The notes beneath the pieces were generated by a model. It was not told where the DNA came from. It was given only the letters and a program-made list of their open reading frames with translations, and did no database searches. DNA of 64,000 nt from a virus (taxonomy: Duplodnaviria > Caudoviricetes), in the IMG/VR virus record IMGVR_UViG_3300021431_000087, positions 32,001 through 96,000 of that record; one strand, 5' to 3'. Positions 9,989 to 20,589 of this stretch are shown piece by piece; positions within the stretch are counted from its first letter, which is position 1, and each line of letters opens with the position of its first letter. Both the position numbers and the translations under genes were made by a program.

Positions 9989-10375
9989 TTATACGTCATG
10001 CTCCCAGCGAATAGTCGGGACAGCGGCCTTGAAAGCGGTCTTGATAGCCGCTGTGAGAGGGAATTTGAGTGCCTTTTCGTTCACCTCACCGATGGTCAGA
10101 ACTGATACGAACGGCTCTGCGGTCGGTTTGGTACGAATAACGACACCACAATACTCATAGCCTTCCGGCAGTGTGCCAAGAGCACCATTTGCCACGGGGA
10201 ACGGCTTAAAAGTCAGACCTGTTGCCACGTCACGGATAACAGGATGACCTGCATAGACGAACTCTTCGGTGTAACCAGTGACATCGAGAACGACTCCACC
10301 TTTGATGTCGTCAAGTTCCTTACGGATGACGATAGGGTCATTTCCGAAGGTAAACTCTGTGTTTGTGTTTGCCAT
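9989..10375 (-). CDS. head decoration protein
   Basis: IKGGVVLD..AGHPVI..GEVNEKAL; lies between scaffold and capsid. Confidence 0.6.
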   Translation of the reverse strand: MANTNTEFTFGNDPIVIRKELDDIKGGVVLDVTGYTEEFVYAGHPVIRDVATGLTFKPFPVANGALGTLPEGYEYCGVVIRTKPTAEPFVSVLTIGEVNEKALKFPLTAAIKTAFKAAVPTIRWEHDV

Positions 10376-10392
10376 TTTCTTTTGTTTTAGTT

Positions 10393-11244
10393 TTACATAA
10401 TTGCTGCAAGAGCCTCTATCTCTGCATCTGACATCGGCTCTTTCTTGGTTTCTTGATTAGCTCCGCCAGTTCCTGGCACGCTAAACGTATCAAGTCCCTT
10501 GTCGGCACGCTCTTGATTGAACGCCTTTATATCCTCCTGGATGCCACCGAGAAACTCCTCAAAGTCCTCGTCGGAATCAAACGACATTCTGGCATAGTTC
10601 TTCTTTATGCGCTCTCCATACACACCTGCATCCTTTAAGAGTTCCTCGAGACGGTTCTCTCTGGTCGCCTTCAGACGGTCTGCCTTCATGGTATTGAACT
10701 CATTACGGAAAGCATTAAACTCTTCAAGCTGTTTCTTGAACTCCTCCTGCTGTTTCTTGTAAGCATTTGTCTGTTCCTTCAGCTGCTTGGCGAGGTTCTC
10801 GTTTTCCGCTTTCAAGCCCTTTGCCCAATCGGAATCAAGGAGTCTTTGGAATCCAGCCTCTTCTGCCGCCTTACGTGCTGCCTCCTCGGCTTTCTTGGCT
10901 GCTGCCTCCTCTTCGGCTTTACGCTTTGCCTCTGCTTCCTCGGCGGCTTTCTTCGCTGCCTCTTCTTCAGCCTTGCGTTTTGCCTCGGCCTCGGCCTTTT
11001 CACGCTCCTCCTTGTTCTTGGTGATGATACGGTTAGCATTCTTCTGACTCAGCTCAAGTATCGGCATATAGACCGCCACCGCCTTTTCTGCGGCTGCGTT
11101 CATCACCTCATCCGTCGCATCGTCATCTACTCCAAGGTTGTCTGCAATCGTCTTTGCAGCACCCTCCAATTCCTCTCTGTTGAAACCCAGGGACGAAGCC
11201 TTGGTCTTCAACAGTTCCAGTACCAACTTGGTTTTCTTGTTCAT
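10393..11244 (-). CDS. capsid scaffolding protein
   Basis: Coiled coil with KAEEEAA repeats; start MNKKTKL downstream of promoter at 11281-11288. Confidence 0.65.
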   Translation of the reverse strand: MNKKTKLVLELLKTKASSLGFNREELEGAAKTIADNLGVDDDATDEVMNAAAEKAVAVYMPILELSQKNANRIITKNKEEREKAEAEAKRKAEEEAAKKAAEEAEAKRKAEEEAAAKKAEEAARKAAEEAGFQRLLDSDWAKGLKAENENLAKQLKEQTNAYKKQQEEFKKQLEEFNAFRNEFNTMKADRLKATRENRLEELLKDAGVYGERIKKNYARMSFDSDEDFEEFLGGIQEDIKAFNQERADKGLDTFSVPGTGGANQETKKEPMSDAEIEALAAIM

Positions 11245-11474
11245 AATTCTTATATTTGTTAAATTTTTGATAACTCGATGCAAATGTATCAAAAAAGTAT
11301 TTTGTTAACAAATACATTAAAAAAAATGGTGCAAAGGTACGAATAAAAAAAAAGGAGAGTCGTGAAACTCTCCTTAGAAACCCTTAGTTTTGCCGTTTGT
11401 TTCGGCTGTGTCGCCCTTATATACATCGGGCGGTATAGTTGAACGCCGTGCCCATGTTACGCGAACACGGCGGC

Positions 11475-12329
11475 TTATTTAATTTCTTCTATCAAATCAA
11501 AATGCGTAAAACCTTCTTGCGCTGTGCCGTCCTCGTTGTATGGCCACATTATGGCGTCTGCCATATTAGGATTAAGACTTTTACCCACCATACACTCATA
11601 GACGCTTCTTCTTGCAAAATCACGTCTTTTTACCAATATGGCAATACTGCCGTCACGGGTTTTGAACATATCCCCGAATTTCGCCGTTTTCAACATAACT
11701 TTTTATTCGATATAGATACTTTCTGCAATCACCTCTTGCCATCCATGCCACTCAAGACCTTCTATCGGCTCTGAGTATTTTTCATCAAAATCAAACTCTC
11801 CGTTATAAAACATTTCTCCGTATGAGCCGTTTGAAATGTACTCACTCTTAGCGTAGGCAAAGGTGGATGCTGCCACCAATGCCATGCCGTGATTATACTT
11901 GCCTTTCGGCTTTAACACATATACGTTCATATTGACATTATTTTACCCCATGTCTGTTTTTACCAACACAGTGCCTTTCACAAAACTTATAGAAAAGCGC
12001 ATAAGTTCGACACCATTGCTGCCACAATTAAAAGCGTGGTCATAATACACGTGCACCAAAAAAGAACAAGTGTCGCTTTGCTCATCATACCAGCAGCGAA
12101 TGCAAAGTCCTGCCTTTTTAAACATCTGCCGAAGTAAAGGCGTAGCAGTAAGCTGTCGTGTGGTGTCCTCATCCTCCTCTATACACACATACACTTCACC
12201 ATTTCTCCTTTCGCTTGTCGTAATAAAGGGCTTACCGTCAATACCAAGGTTCTCGCGCAGTATATTGGATATAGTGCCCATGTTGACGTTAAGTTTCTCT
12301 ATAAGATTGTTCGCTGTTTCTTTATTCAT
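11475..12329 (-). CDS. three small hypothetical ORFs (11475-11696, 11703-11930, 11943-12329)
   Basis: Tightly packed co-directional ORFs. Confidence 0.5.
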
Positions 12330-12523
12330 ACTTTATTTACCTGTTTATATCCCGTCGGCTGCGGTTCTAAGGGTTGCCCTTTTGTAAGGGTAGTGCGAAG
12401 ATAAGCGCTTAACCAGAAACGTGCAAGTTATTTATCTTAGTTTAGCTGAAAATAGGCGACTTTAGCATATCCATGCCATCGCCGCCTAACATCAAGATAT
12501 ATTTAGTATGACAAAAGATTTCC

Positions 12524-13180
12524 TTAATCCATGTCTACAAAACTGCGCATCAGCTGGCCAAGCCTCTCGTCCTTCCTTTTCCAAAAAGCATCATACGTCC
12601 TCTCTCCAAGCAAGGGATTGTCCGATATTACCCTCACGGAGGTAAAGCCTACGCCCCTCTCCTCACAGACCTGCGCTATGGCTGCGCTTTCCATATCCAA
12701 GGCTATGGGGTAATGCTCGGGATACAGCGTCTGCATGATGGTAGATGCCATCAGCTCCGACTCCACGAAGGTATCGCCCGTCGCTATCAGCCCATGCCTC
12801 ATTCCATCCAAGAATCTCCATTCAGCATAGCATGACGGATATGTCTCTGGATGCCCCTGCACCTGCCCCACTGCATTAGGACTTCCGCAGTTTACATCAT
12901 AGTACATATACTCATCGCCAACGATGACTTCCCCGATATGAACGTCATGGCTCACACCTCCTGCGCAGCCGAAAGAAATGATGCGGTTGCAGTCGTATTC
13001 CTTCCACAGCCTGTATGCCGTCACGGCAGCATTCACCTTACCGATGCCGCTTATCATCGCCACATAGGGTATGTTCCGCCTCGTCCGCCCATTGGCGAAA
13101 GCCATGCCTACTTTCTCCGTTCCTACAAAGAGGGCATCCCACTCCTTCTGCATGGCAACAATTATCCCTACCTTCTTCAT
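12524..13180 (-). CDS. mtnN: 5'-methylthioadenosine/S-adenosylhomocysteine nucleosidase
   Basis: GIIVAMQKE, SGIGKVNAA, IATGDTFV, DMESAAIAQVC, RVISD. Confidence 0.9.
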   Translation of the reverse strand: MKKVGIIVAMQKEWDALFVGTEKVGMAFANGRTRRNIPYVAMISGIGKVNAAVTAYRLWKEYDCNRIISFGCAGGVSHDVHIGEVIVGDEYMYYDVNCGSPNAVGQVQGHPETYPSCYAEWRFLDGMRHGLIATGDTFVESELMASTIMQTLYPEHYPIALDMESAAIAQVCEERGVGFTSVRVISDNPLLGERTYDAFWKRKDERLGQLMRSFVDMD

Positions 13181-13488
13181 TCCTTCTTCTTGACGATACG
13201 TTTCTTTTTCAGTTTCAGCCGTCTCACCCTGTTGTAGACACAGTTCTCATCCACCCCGAGACGGCGGCAGATATAGCCTGCAGGATATTGTTCCCAAAGC
13301 TCCCTCAAAAGCTCGTCCTCCTGCTTCGTCCACTTGTGGAATCCCGTCTTCAGCCCGAGAATACTCATATACCTCTGAATGGTATAGTAGCTCCTCCCGA
13401 GGGATGTGGCTATTTCCGAGATGGACATAGACTCCGCATTCTTCTTTATAAATCTTTCCTCTTCGTTTGTTATCGGTTTACTGAACAT
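13177..13488 (-). CDS. tandem HTH/Myb-like repeat protein
   Basis: ISEIATSLGRS and KWTKQEDELL..ICRRLG. Confidence 0.6.
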   Translation of the reverse strand: MFSKPITNEEERFIKKNAESMSISEIATSLGRSYYTIQRYMSILGLKTGFHKWTKQEDELLRELWEQYPAGYICRRLGVDENCVYNRVRRLKLKKKRIVKKKE

Positions 13489-13770
13489 ATTTTTTTACTT
13501 TTAATTTCCGTGGCAATTTATGCCAATGAGTTACAACGCAGGTTTCATTAAGATATTCTTCCGGGCTTTCATTGTTCTCAATCCATAATTTCCTTGTGGC
13601 AGAATACTCCGCTACGGTCGGAATATAATAATAAGACAATCCCTTTTCATGGTATCCTATAAGTACCCAATCCCAATACTTCCGTGGCGGCATGTACTTG
13701 TTACACGGAATCCAAAAACCAAGCCTTGCGGCAATTTCCCAAAACAGGTTCTTCATTATTCAAAAATAAA

Positions 13771-13838
13771 GAGGATGACAAGAGTTGCACTTGCGTCTTA
13801 CGGATTGTACCGTTAGCGGACTGCCACGCACCATCCTC
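13771..13838 (-). ncRNA. degenerate tRNA-like element
   Basis: GAGGATG/CATCCTC acceptor stem, ACGG/CCGT arm, GCAAG-TGCAACT-CTTGT T-like arm. Confidence 0.4.
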
Positions 13839-13845
13839 GTGTAGG

Positions 13846-15066
13846 TTAATATTTCTTTCTTTCAAAAAGTTCTTCCTTCGTCATCACCTTTTCCCAAGGG
13901 AAGAAAGTCAGTCCGTCCTTCTCGTATGGATTGCGTCCGAAATGCCCGTAGGAAGCGGTCGGCAGATAGATGGGCTTTCTCAATCCTCCGAGCATCTTGT
14001 CTATTCCGTATGGTGAAAGGTCAAAGTGCTCCTTCACGAAATCACCGAGAACTCCTACGCCACCGTTATATGTACCGAAGTCTTCCACATAAACGCTAAC
14101 TGGCTCGGCTACACCTATGGCATAGCCAATCTGAACCTCGCAATTTGAACAGATTCCGTTTGCCACAAGGTTCTTTGCAACATAGCGAGCTGCATAGGCT
14201 GCGCTGCGGTCTACCTTGGACGGGTCTTTCCCCGAGAATGCGCCGCCGCCATGACGAGCCATGCCGCCATAGGTGTCGACAATAATCTTTCTTCCCGTCA
14301 AGCCCGTATCACCTGCTGGGCCGCCCAAGACGAACTTTCCCGTCGGATTGACATGGTATCTTATGTCTTCATTAAACAATCTCAATATACGCTCATCCTT
14401 TATCTTCGTCTTAACATACGGAATAAGTGTTTTTATTACGTCATAGCGAATCTGCTCCTGCATAGCCTTTTCCGAGGCGAACTCATCATGCTGTGTGCTA
14501 ACCACGATAGTATCAATACGTAAAGGATCGTCAAACTCGGAATACTCCACGGTCACCTGTGATTTAGCATCCGGGCGTAAGTATGGCATAAGATTGCCTT
14601 CCTTACGGATTTCAGCCAAACTCTTAACTATAAGCGTAGCTATATAGTGGGCAACTGGCATATAAGTTTCTGTCTCATCCGATGCATAGCCAAAAACGAT
14701 ACCCTGATCGCCCGCACCCTGCATCTTCTCTTCCTCACGGATGACACCCTGATTGATGTCGGGTGACTGCTCATGTATTGCCGTAAGTATTCCGCAGGAG
14801 TTGGCATCGAAGCCGTAGAGAGGATTCGTATATCCTATCGATGCGATTGTCTCCCGTACAACGCTCGGAATATCCACGTACCCCTTGCTGCGCACCTCAC
14901 CTGCTACCACGACCTGCCCTGTCGTCACAAGGGTCTCCACTGCCACATGAGACCGTTCATCCTCCTTGAGGAACGCATCAAGCACCGCATCCGATATCTG
15001 GTCAGCCACCTTGTCTGGATGCCCCTCGGAGACGCTCTCACTCGTAAAATAATATCTCTTTCTCAT
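13846..15066 (-). CDS. metK: S-adenosylmethionine synthetase
   Basis: [44 protein letters not shown]. Confidence 0.97.
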   Translation of the reverse strand: MRKRYYFTSESVSEGHPDKVADQISDAVLDAFLKEDERSHVAVETLVTTGQVVVAGEVRSKGYVDIPSVVRETIASIGYTNPLYGFDANSCGILTAIHEQSPDINQGVIREEEKMQGAGDQGIVFGYASDETETYMPVAHYIATLIVKSLAEIRKEGNLMPYLRPDAKSQVTVEYSEFDDPLRIDTIVVSTQHDEFASEKAMQEQIRYDVIKTLIPYVKTKIKDERILRLFNEDIRYHVNPTGKFVLGGPAGDTGLTGRKIIVDTYGGMARHGGGAFSGKDPSKVDRSAAYAARYVAKNLVANGICSNCEVQIGYAIGVAEPVSVYVEDFGTYNGGVGVLGDFVKEHFDLSPYGIDKMLGGLRKPIYLPTASYGHFGRNPYEKDGLTFFPWEKVMTKEELFERKKY

Positions 15067-15196
15067 CTGAAAATTTTTTGTTAATGATACAAAGGTACGA
15101 ATAAAAAAAATATTATGCAAATAAATGAATAAAATATTTGGTTAATAAACACTTTTTTAATACTTTTGCGCAAAAGTTGCGCAATTCTAAGGAATC

Positions 15197-16636
15197 ATGA
15201 TAGATATAAAAGAAATCCTCAGCGGTGATAATATAACGGACATTATTGCCTCTCTCAAGGAAAGGACGACACCTCCGCATTTTTGGGCGAAGCTGCGTCA
15301 GGACTATGAGCCGTCCGAGCATAAGATTGTCCACGACATGCAGGGACGGAAGGACAAGATTCACTCCGACGGCACGAAGGATAAGGCGGCAAGGCTTGCC
15401 ATCGGGCTTGAAAGGCTTCTTACGAAACGTATGAACGAGTTCACTTTCGCCATTCCCGTAAAGAGGAACTACGTGGGTGACGACACGGACGAGAAAAAGA
15501 ATATAGTAAAGGCCATCGAGCGCATATACCAGGTGGCGCACATCGACTCGGAGAACAAAAAGCGTGGGCTTGCCTATTACGCAAGCTGCGAGGCGCTTAC
15601 GATATGGTACACGAAGAAGGAAAGACACCACCTCTACGGTTTCCCGTGCAACTACAAGCTTAAGTGCAAGACCTTCTCCCCGATGACAGGCGTGCAGCTT
15701 TGGCCGCTCATTGACGAAAAAGGCGAGATGTACGCCATGTCCTTCGAATACACGAGGAAGGTGAAGGACTCCATAACGACCTTCTTCGAGACCTTCACAG
15801 CCGACAAACATTACATCTGGAAGAAAAGCGAGAGCACGGAGTGGGAGGCGGTCACGGAAGGCGAGGAGATAAGCATAGGCAAAATCCCAGGCATCTACAT
15901 CTACCGCTACAGTCCCGTATGGGAAGGACTGACGGACATTCGTGAGGAGATAGAGTACGCCCTTTCACGCCATTCCGACATCCTCGCCTACAACAGCGCC
16001 CCGATACTCAAAGTGGCGGGCACCATCGTCGGCGAAGAGGCGAAGGGAGAAACAAGACGTATCTACCGTGTCACGGAAGGAGGCGACGTCTCCTACGTTT
16101 CATGGGCGCAGAGCAACCAAGCACTCGAATACTACATCAGCACCCTCCTTAACATGTTCTTCATGCAGGCACAGATGCCCGACATATCCTTCTCCACGAT
16201 GTCGCGCCTCGGCAACATAGGGTACGATGCGAGGAAGACGCTCCTTACGGACGCTCACCTCAAAATTGGCGACGAAAGTGGTGCTTGGATCGAATTCCTC
16301 GAGAGGGAGAACAGCATTATCAAGGCTTTCTTGAAGAAGCTCAACGTCGGTTTTAAGGAAGAAGACATCGAATCCATCCTTATCGAGAATATCATCACAC
16401 CATTCATACAGGAAGACGAGATGCAGAATATCCAGAAATGGAGACTCGCAGGAGGGGACACTCCGCTCGTATCACCTCTCGAGGCCATCGAGAACGCAGG
16501 GCTCTCGGAAGACCCGCAGGCTACATTCGCACAGATTATGGCCATGCAGGCGGCGCAGCAGGCAATGAGCGAACCGGCCGCTGCAACGGAGATCGCACCG
16601 AAAACGGAAACAACAAACAATCAAGAAAATATATGA
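15197..16636 (+). CDS. phage portal protein (SPP1 gp6-like)
   Basis: 479 aa; IGKIPGIY, DILAYNSAPIL, QMPDISF; TACTTTTG promoter at 15161-15168. Confidence 0.85.
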   Translation: MIDIKEILSGDNITDIIASLKERTTPPHFWAKLRQDYEPSEHKIVHDMQGRKDKIHSDGTKDKAARLAIGLERLLTKRMNEFTFAIPVKRNYVGDDTDEKKNIVKAIERIYQVAHIDSENKKRGLAYYASCEALTIWYTKKERHHLYGFPCNYKLKCKTFSPMTGVQLWPLIDEKGEMYAMSFEYTRKVKDSITTFFETFTADKHYIWKKSESTEWEAVTEGEEISIGKIPGIYIYRYSPVWEGLTDIREEIEYALSRHSDILAYNSAPILKVAGTIVGEEAKGETRRIYRVTEGGDVSYVSWAQSNQALEYYISTLLNMFFMQAQMPDISFSTMSRLGNIGYDARKTLLTDAHLKIGDESGAWIEFLERENSIIKAFLKKLNVGFKEEDIESILIENIITPFIQEDEMQNIQKWRLAGGDTPLVSPLEAIENAGLSEDPQATFAQIMAMQAAQQAMSEPAAATEIAPKTETTNNQENI

Positions 16637-17149
16637 AAAAGAAAATCTCACGATTCCTCCTAAAACTTGCAAGACGCATAGACCGTTCCGTTGTCTTTGA
16701 GGACATTCCTACCGCAAGAGAACTTGGCCTTTGCATACACATCGCCAAGAATGACGTGCGCAGTTTCAGGAAGGAACACCCCGAAGTCAAATCACACAGG
16801 GAGGGGCTGCGGCTGCTTGTCGAGGAAGCGAAATGGCAGGTCGCAGGTGCTATCGGACGTGCCTTCGTCAAGAAAGGCATTATTGATTATGACGTAAAGA
16901 AGACTAACTTTGTCGCAGACGTGACGGGAACAGTTTTTATCTATGGCGGCGAAGAAAAGGAAAGCGCAGGTAACTGAGGAATCTCACACATGCCGAGAAT
17001 GTGCCTATTGCACGGAGGTAACCTTGTTTCACACACTTAGCGTCAAGGGTATGCCGACCATGGGGACATGCCCATACTGGAAACAATCAAAATGCGTCCT
17101 TCTTAGCCAGAAGAGCTGCCAACACTTCAAAGGAAAGGTCATCACATAA
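16633..17149 (+). CDS. two hypothetical ORFs (16633-16977; Cys-rich 16943-17149)
   Basis: Overlapping start/stop after the portal; CRECAYC..CPY..C. Confidence 0.5.
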
Positions 17150-17382
17150 ATGATGGCCTCTTTTTTTTATATCCTCATTTTCTTTAGCGTCTCATACTCT
17201 TTTCGGTCATCTATGCGCCAAAGGAAATTATCCCCATCTTCCGCATATCCCGCATCCTCATCCCACGACATGACGTCTTGGCAGCGCGACAGACACTCCT
17301 GCAACATATCCCATTCTCCCTGCGTCAGTCCTATAATTGTAACCGTTCCGTTCTTGTTGAACTTTGTCCTTGCCATGGCATG

Positions 17383-17640
17383 TCATTTTATTTCATTTGA
17401 TTTGCAAACCAACACATCACCTACAATGGTGTCACGCATGATAAGCATCGATGCCGTCATGTTGATAGGAAGACCGTATACCTTACCCTCCTCGTTGACC
17501 ACCATAAAATGCTCATCATCCATGCGAACTATCTCTATGTACCCTCCGACAAAGCCTTGCAGCTCCTCCAGGGAAAAGTCCGTGCCGTTCTTCGGCTGAA
17601 CTTCTATTCTTTCACCGTTAGTTTTTATCCAGTCTGCCAT
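17383..17640 (-). CDS. DUF3846-like protein
   Basis: FSLEELQGFVGGYIE..VNEEGK..LPIN..IVGDV. Confidence 0.8.
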   Translation of the reverse strand: MADWIKTNGERIEVQPKNGTDFSLEELQGFVGGYIEIVRMDDEHFMVVNEEGKVYGLPINMTASMLIMRDTIVGDVLVCKSNEIK

Positions 17641-19177
17641 ATATTTTAAAAATCTTCAAAACTCATAGAATAAACTTTATAAGGTTTCTCCAGTTCAGAA
17701 TTAAGTTTTTCAATTAATTCATTTACATCCGTTTCTGGTTTTACTTTCAGTTCAACGCTTAGACGTATCTTTTCATATTCACGACTTACTTTACCCGATA
17801 TCTCGTCCCAAATAAGGTGTTCTTTCTTAAGAACGTCAAAGAACTGCTTCTTTTCCTCTTCGGAAGCAATTGTTATATGTTCGTTGAAAGAAAACTTGTG
17901 AGGACGGATTTGTGGATTGTCATAATCAGAGTTATATATAAAATATTCACCAACTATGTAGTAGTAATCTTTTTCCTTGCCAGTTAGGCTATCGTACCAT
18001 GTTTCTTTAAGAACGGTGCCTACTTCTAAAGGCTTCTCTAAATATTCATTCTTCATAAATTTAACACTTTATAGTTAATCGGTTGGAGGAAATACCCAAT
18101 CCTTAAATCTTACCACAACCCCAGGGTGCTCTTCAAAATCCTCGTTCGGTTCAAACTGAAGGAAATCGCCATACAAGACGGCCTCGCGTATCTTGTCCTC
18201 GTTGCAACCACTCTTTATGAACACTTCCCTATCCCAATACAAGCAGTAATGAGGATATCCAGAACGGCTGTTGCACATATCTGCAATCAGCGCATTCAGC
18301 TTATCCCTATCCTCTTCGTTCTTTATGGGAATAAGTGAATTTAACTGCTCACACAAAGCGTTCATGCTACTTAGATAAGCTTGTTCTTTCATAACTACAC
18401 ACTTTCAAAGTCTTCTTTACATGCCATTTGGTAAGGTTCTACGAAACCGTTGCCACAACCGCAAATCCAGTCGTCACCATCCTTTGATAGGTAAATACAC
18501 TGGCTACAAAGACGTATTTTCTTTTTCTTTGCCATATTCTTTCGATTTTAGCCCCTCTGTCGGCTTTTCACCTCGAAGGTGGTATAGTTGCCCGCCTGCG
18601 AGGTAAAAAGCCGTTAGAAGCGGCGATATTTAATTGTAAAGCCCCATCTTCTTGAACTTTTTGTGGACAGCTTGAGCGATTTCGTTCAGCTCAAAAGCCC
18701 TTGATGCATCCTCGCCCGTAGCCCTTGCGTACACATATGGTGCGCTTGAACTGTAGTTCGGATCGTAGAGATTCTCTATGTAGATTTCGGCATAATCCTT
18801 GCCGCAGTGCTCTACGGCATACTTGTTAGCCTCGTAGAGGGACTTTGCCTCCGCATAGGTCAGTCCTTTGCCAAGGCATGTTTCATTCGGTGTAACACCT
18901 CTGCGAACGTCGCGTTCGTTGAAGGTATCGGCATACACGAACCAACCACGATTGTAGGTCTTGCTGTTGAATACCTTGTGGCAGAAAGCGTCCCAATCTT
19001 GCCATGAATTAATGCTGTTTACGATGTTCTGTACCATACTCTCTTACGCTTTATCCGTGTCGCGCCCAACTTCTAAGGATTGCCTTCATTATTGAAGGTA
19101 CCGCAAAGGTAAACTATCCTTATCAAAAATGCAACTCTTTTATCTTTACATAGCAAAAGATAGCTTTGTTTATCATG

Positions 19178-19516
19178 TCACCATGACGACACCCCATACT
19201 TCTCCGCAAGCACCTCACCAAGCTTCCCGACAAGACCACCCCCGACGAGCCTCAAAGCTCGAAAGCCGTTGCTTCCGATACGCACCAACTGCCCGACGGT
19301 GTGAATATCGTTCTCCATGCAGCGGTTGCGGAAACGAACGGCAGACATCCCGAGATACTGCTCAATCTCTCCTACCTTGATACTATCAAGGTCTATCTCT
19401 TCTTTTGTATCCTTCACACCACACACCCAAGAGTACATCATCTTTACAGTCTCAATGGAAGAGCCGCTCATAATAGCAGCCTTCGCAAGTTCCACTCTTA
19501 TTTCCTTGTCTGTCAT
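19178..19516 (-). CDS. RNA polymerase alpha-CTD-like domain protein
   Basis: AVRFRNRCMENDIHTVGQLV...RLVG. Confidence 0.6.
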   Translation of the reverse strand: MTDKEIRVELAKAAIMSGSSIETVKMMYSWVCGVKDTKEEIDLDSIKVGEIEQYLGMSAVRFRNRCMENDIHTVGQLVRIGSNGFRALRLVGGGLVGKLGEVLAEKYGVSSW

Positions 19517-19818
19517 TTTGTTACAAATTTAATACATATATAAACAATTTCATTCCACCGACCGTTACAATAAGCGTCAGCCAAAATAACACAACGACGA
19601 ACAGACATCCGCAGCAGCCTGTCTCGTCTTTGATTCGTATTTTATCCATTCATTTCCTCCTTTATTGTTTTAAGTCCTTTTGCAAACTTTTTTTATTTTC
19701 AGCTTTAGCTCTTGAAATTCCATTTCATAGGCTCTTTCAAAAGCCTCACAAAATTCATCAGCAGCCTTCATACCCTCATTCAGAGCATCGCACATTTCTT
19801 CCACTAATTGGTCTTCGT

Positions 19819-20589
19819 TCATTTTACTATTGCGTCTACTTGTTTCTTTACTTTTTTCACGTACCCCTTCGTCATTTCTATGAAATGTATATGTTCCATC
19901 TTCGATAGCGCATAAATGAGCAGTGGGTTATGCACCACGGCAATCATCTGCGTATGCGGTTTGTGGAACGAAAGGATTCCATTTATCTGCTCGATATTGT
20001 CAAGCGAGAGATTCCTGTCTGGCTCGTCCATCATGATAGTCCACTCGTCTGCGCATTCCACCCGATGTCTCTCCACGTAGTCCACATACAGCGGATAGAC
20101 ATCCTTGAACTGATTATAGTCAAAGGCCAACTTTGCTTTCTTTCCGAAGATGTAGCCGAACAGATAGTTGATGGCTACAAGGACACCCTCGCCCGTTGAA
20201 GACTGCTTTTGGTCGAAGAAAGAGCCGAACTCCTCAAAGGTCTTCAACGCCTCGTTCTGTGCTTTCTCGCCTGCATGAGAGAGACGGAACGTATTCTTGG
20301 TGTAGTCGGCATACACATCCACACCGTCAAGTATAGCATCATTGTTAAATGTCTTGAAGAGGGCATTGATGTTGCAATTGTATTCGCCACGGAAGCACTC
20401 TGTATAGTCCACGATAAGATATTTTTTGATTAGCTCCATCAGCGTTGTCTTACCGCTTCCATTCTCGCCAACGATAATATTTACTCCAGGCGTGAAATCA
20501 TACTCCTTCCCGTTCTTGAAAGCCTTCAAGTCCGCAATATAGCGGATGGGGCTTTTAGTGTTGTCACGGATAACTACTTTTGTTACCAT
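19819..20589 (-). CDS. ABC/AAA-type ATPase
   Basis: Walker A GENGSGKT, signature SSTGE, Walker B IMMDEPD, H-loop VVHNP. Confidence 0.85.
   Translation of the reverse strand: MVTKVVIRDNTKSPIRYIADLKAFKNGKEYDFTPGVNIIVGENGSGKTTLMELIKKYLIVDYTECFRGEYNCNINALFKTFNNDAILDGVDVYADYTKNTFRLSHAGEKAQNEALKTFEEFGSFFDQKQSSTGEGVLVAINYLFGYIFGKKAKLAFDYNQFKDVYPLYVDYVERHRVECADEWTIMMDEPDRNLSLDNIEQINGILSFHKPHTQMIAVVHNPLLIYALSKMEHIHFIEMTKGYVKKVKKQVDAIVK

Noticed and set aside
10860-11010. Tandem DNA repeats
   Set aside because: Explained by the KAEEEAA coiled-coil repeats of the scaffold protein
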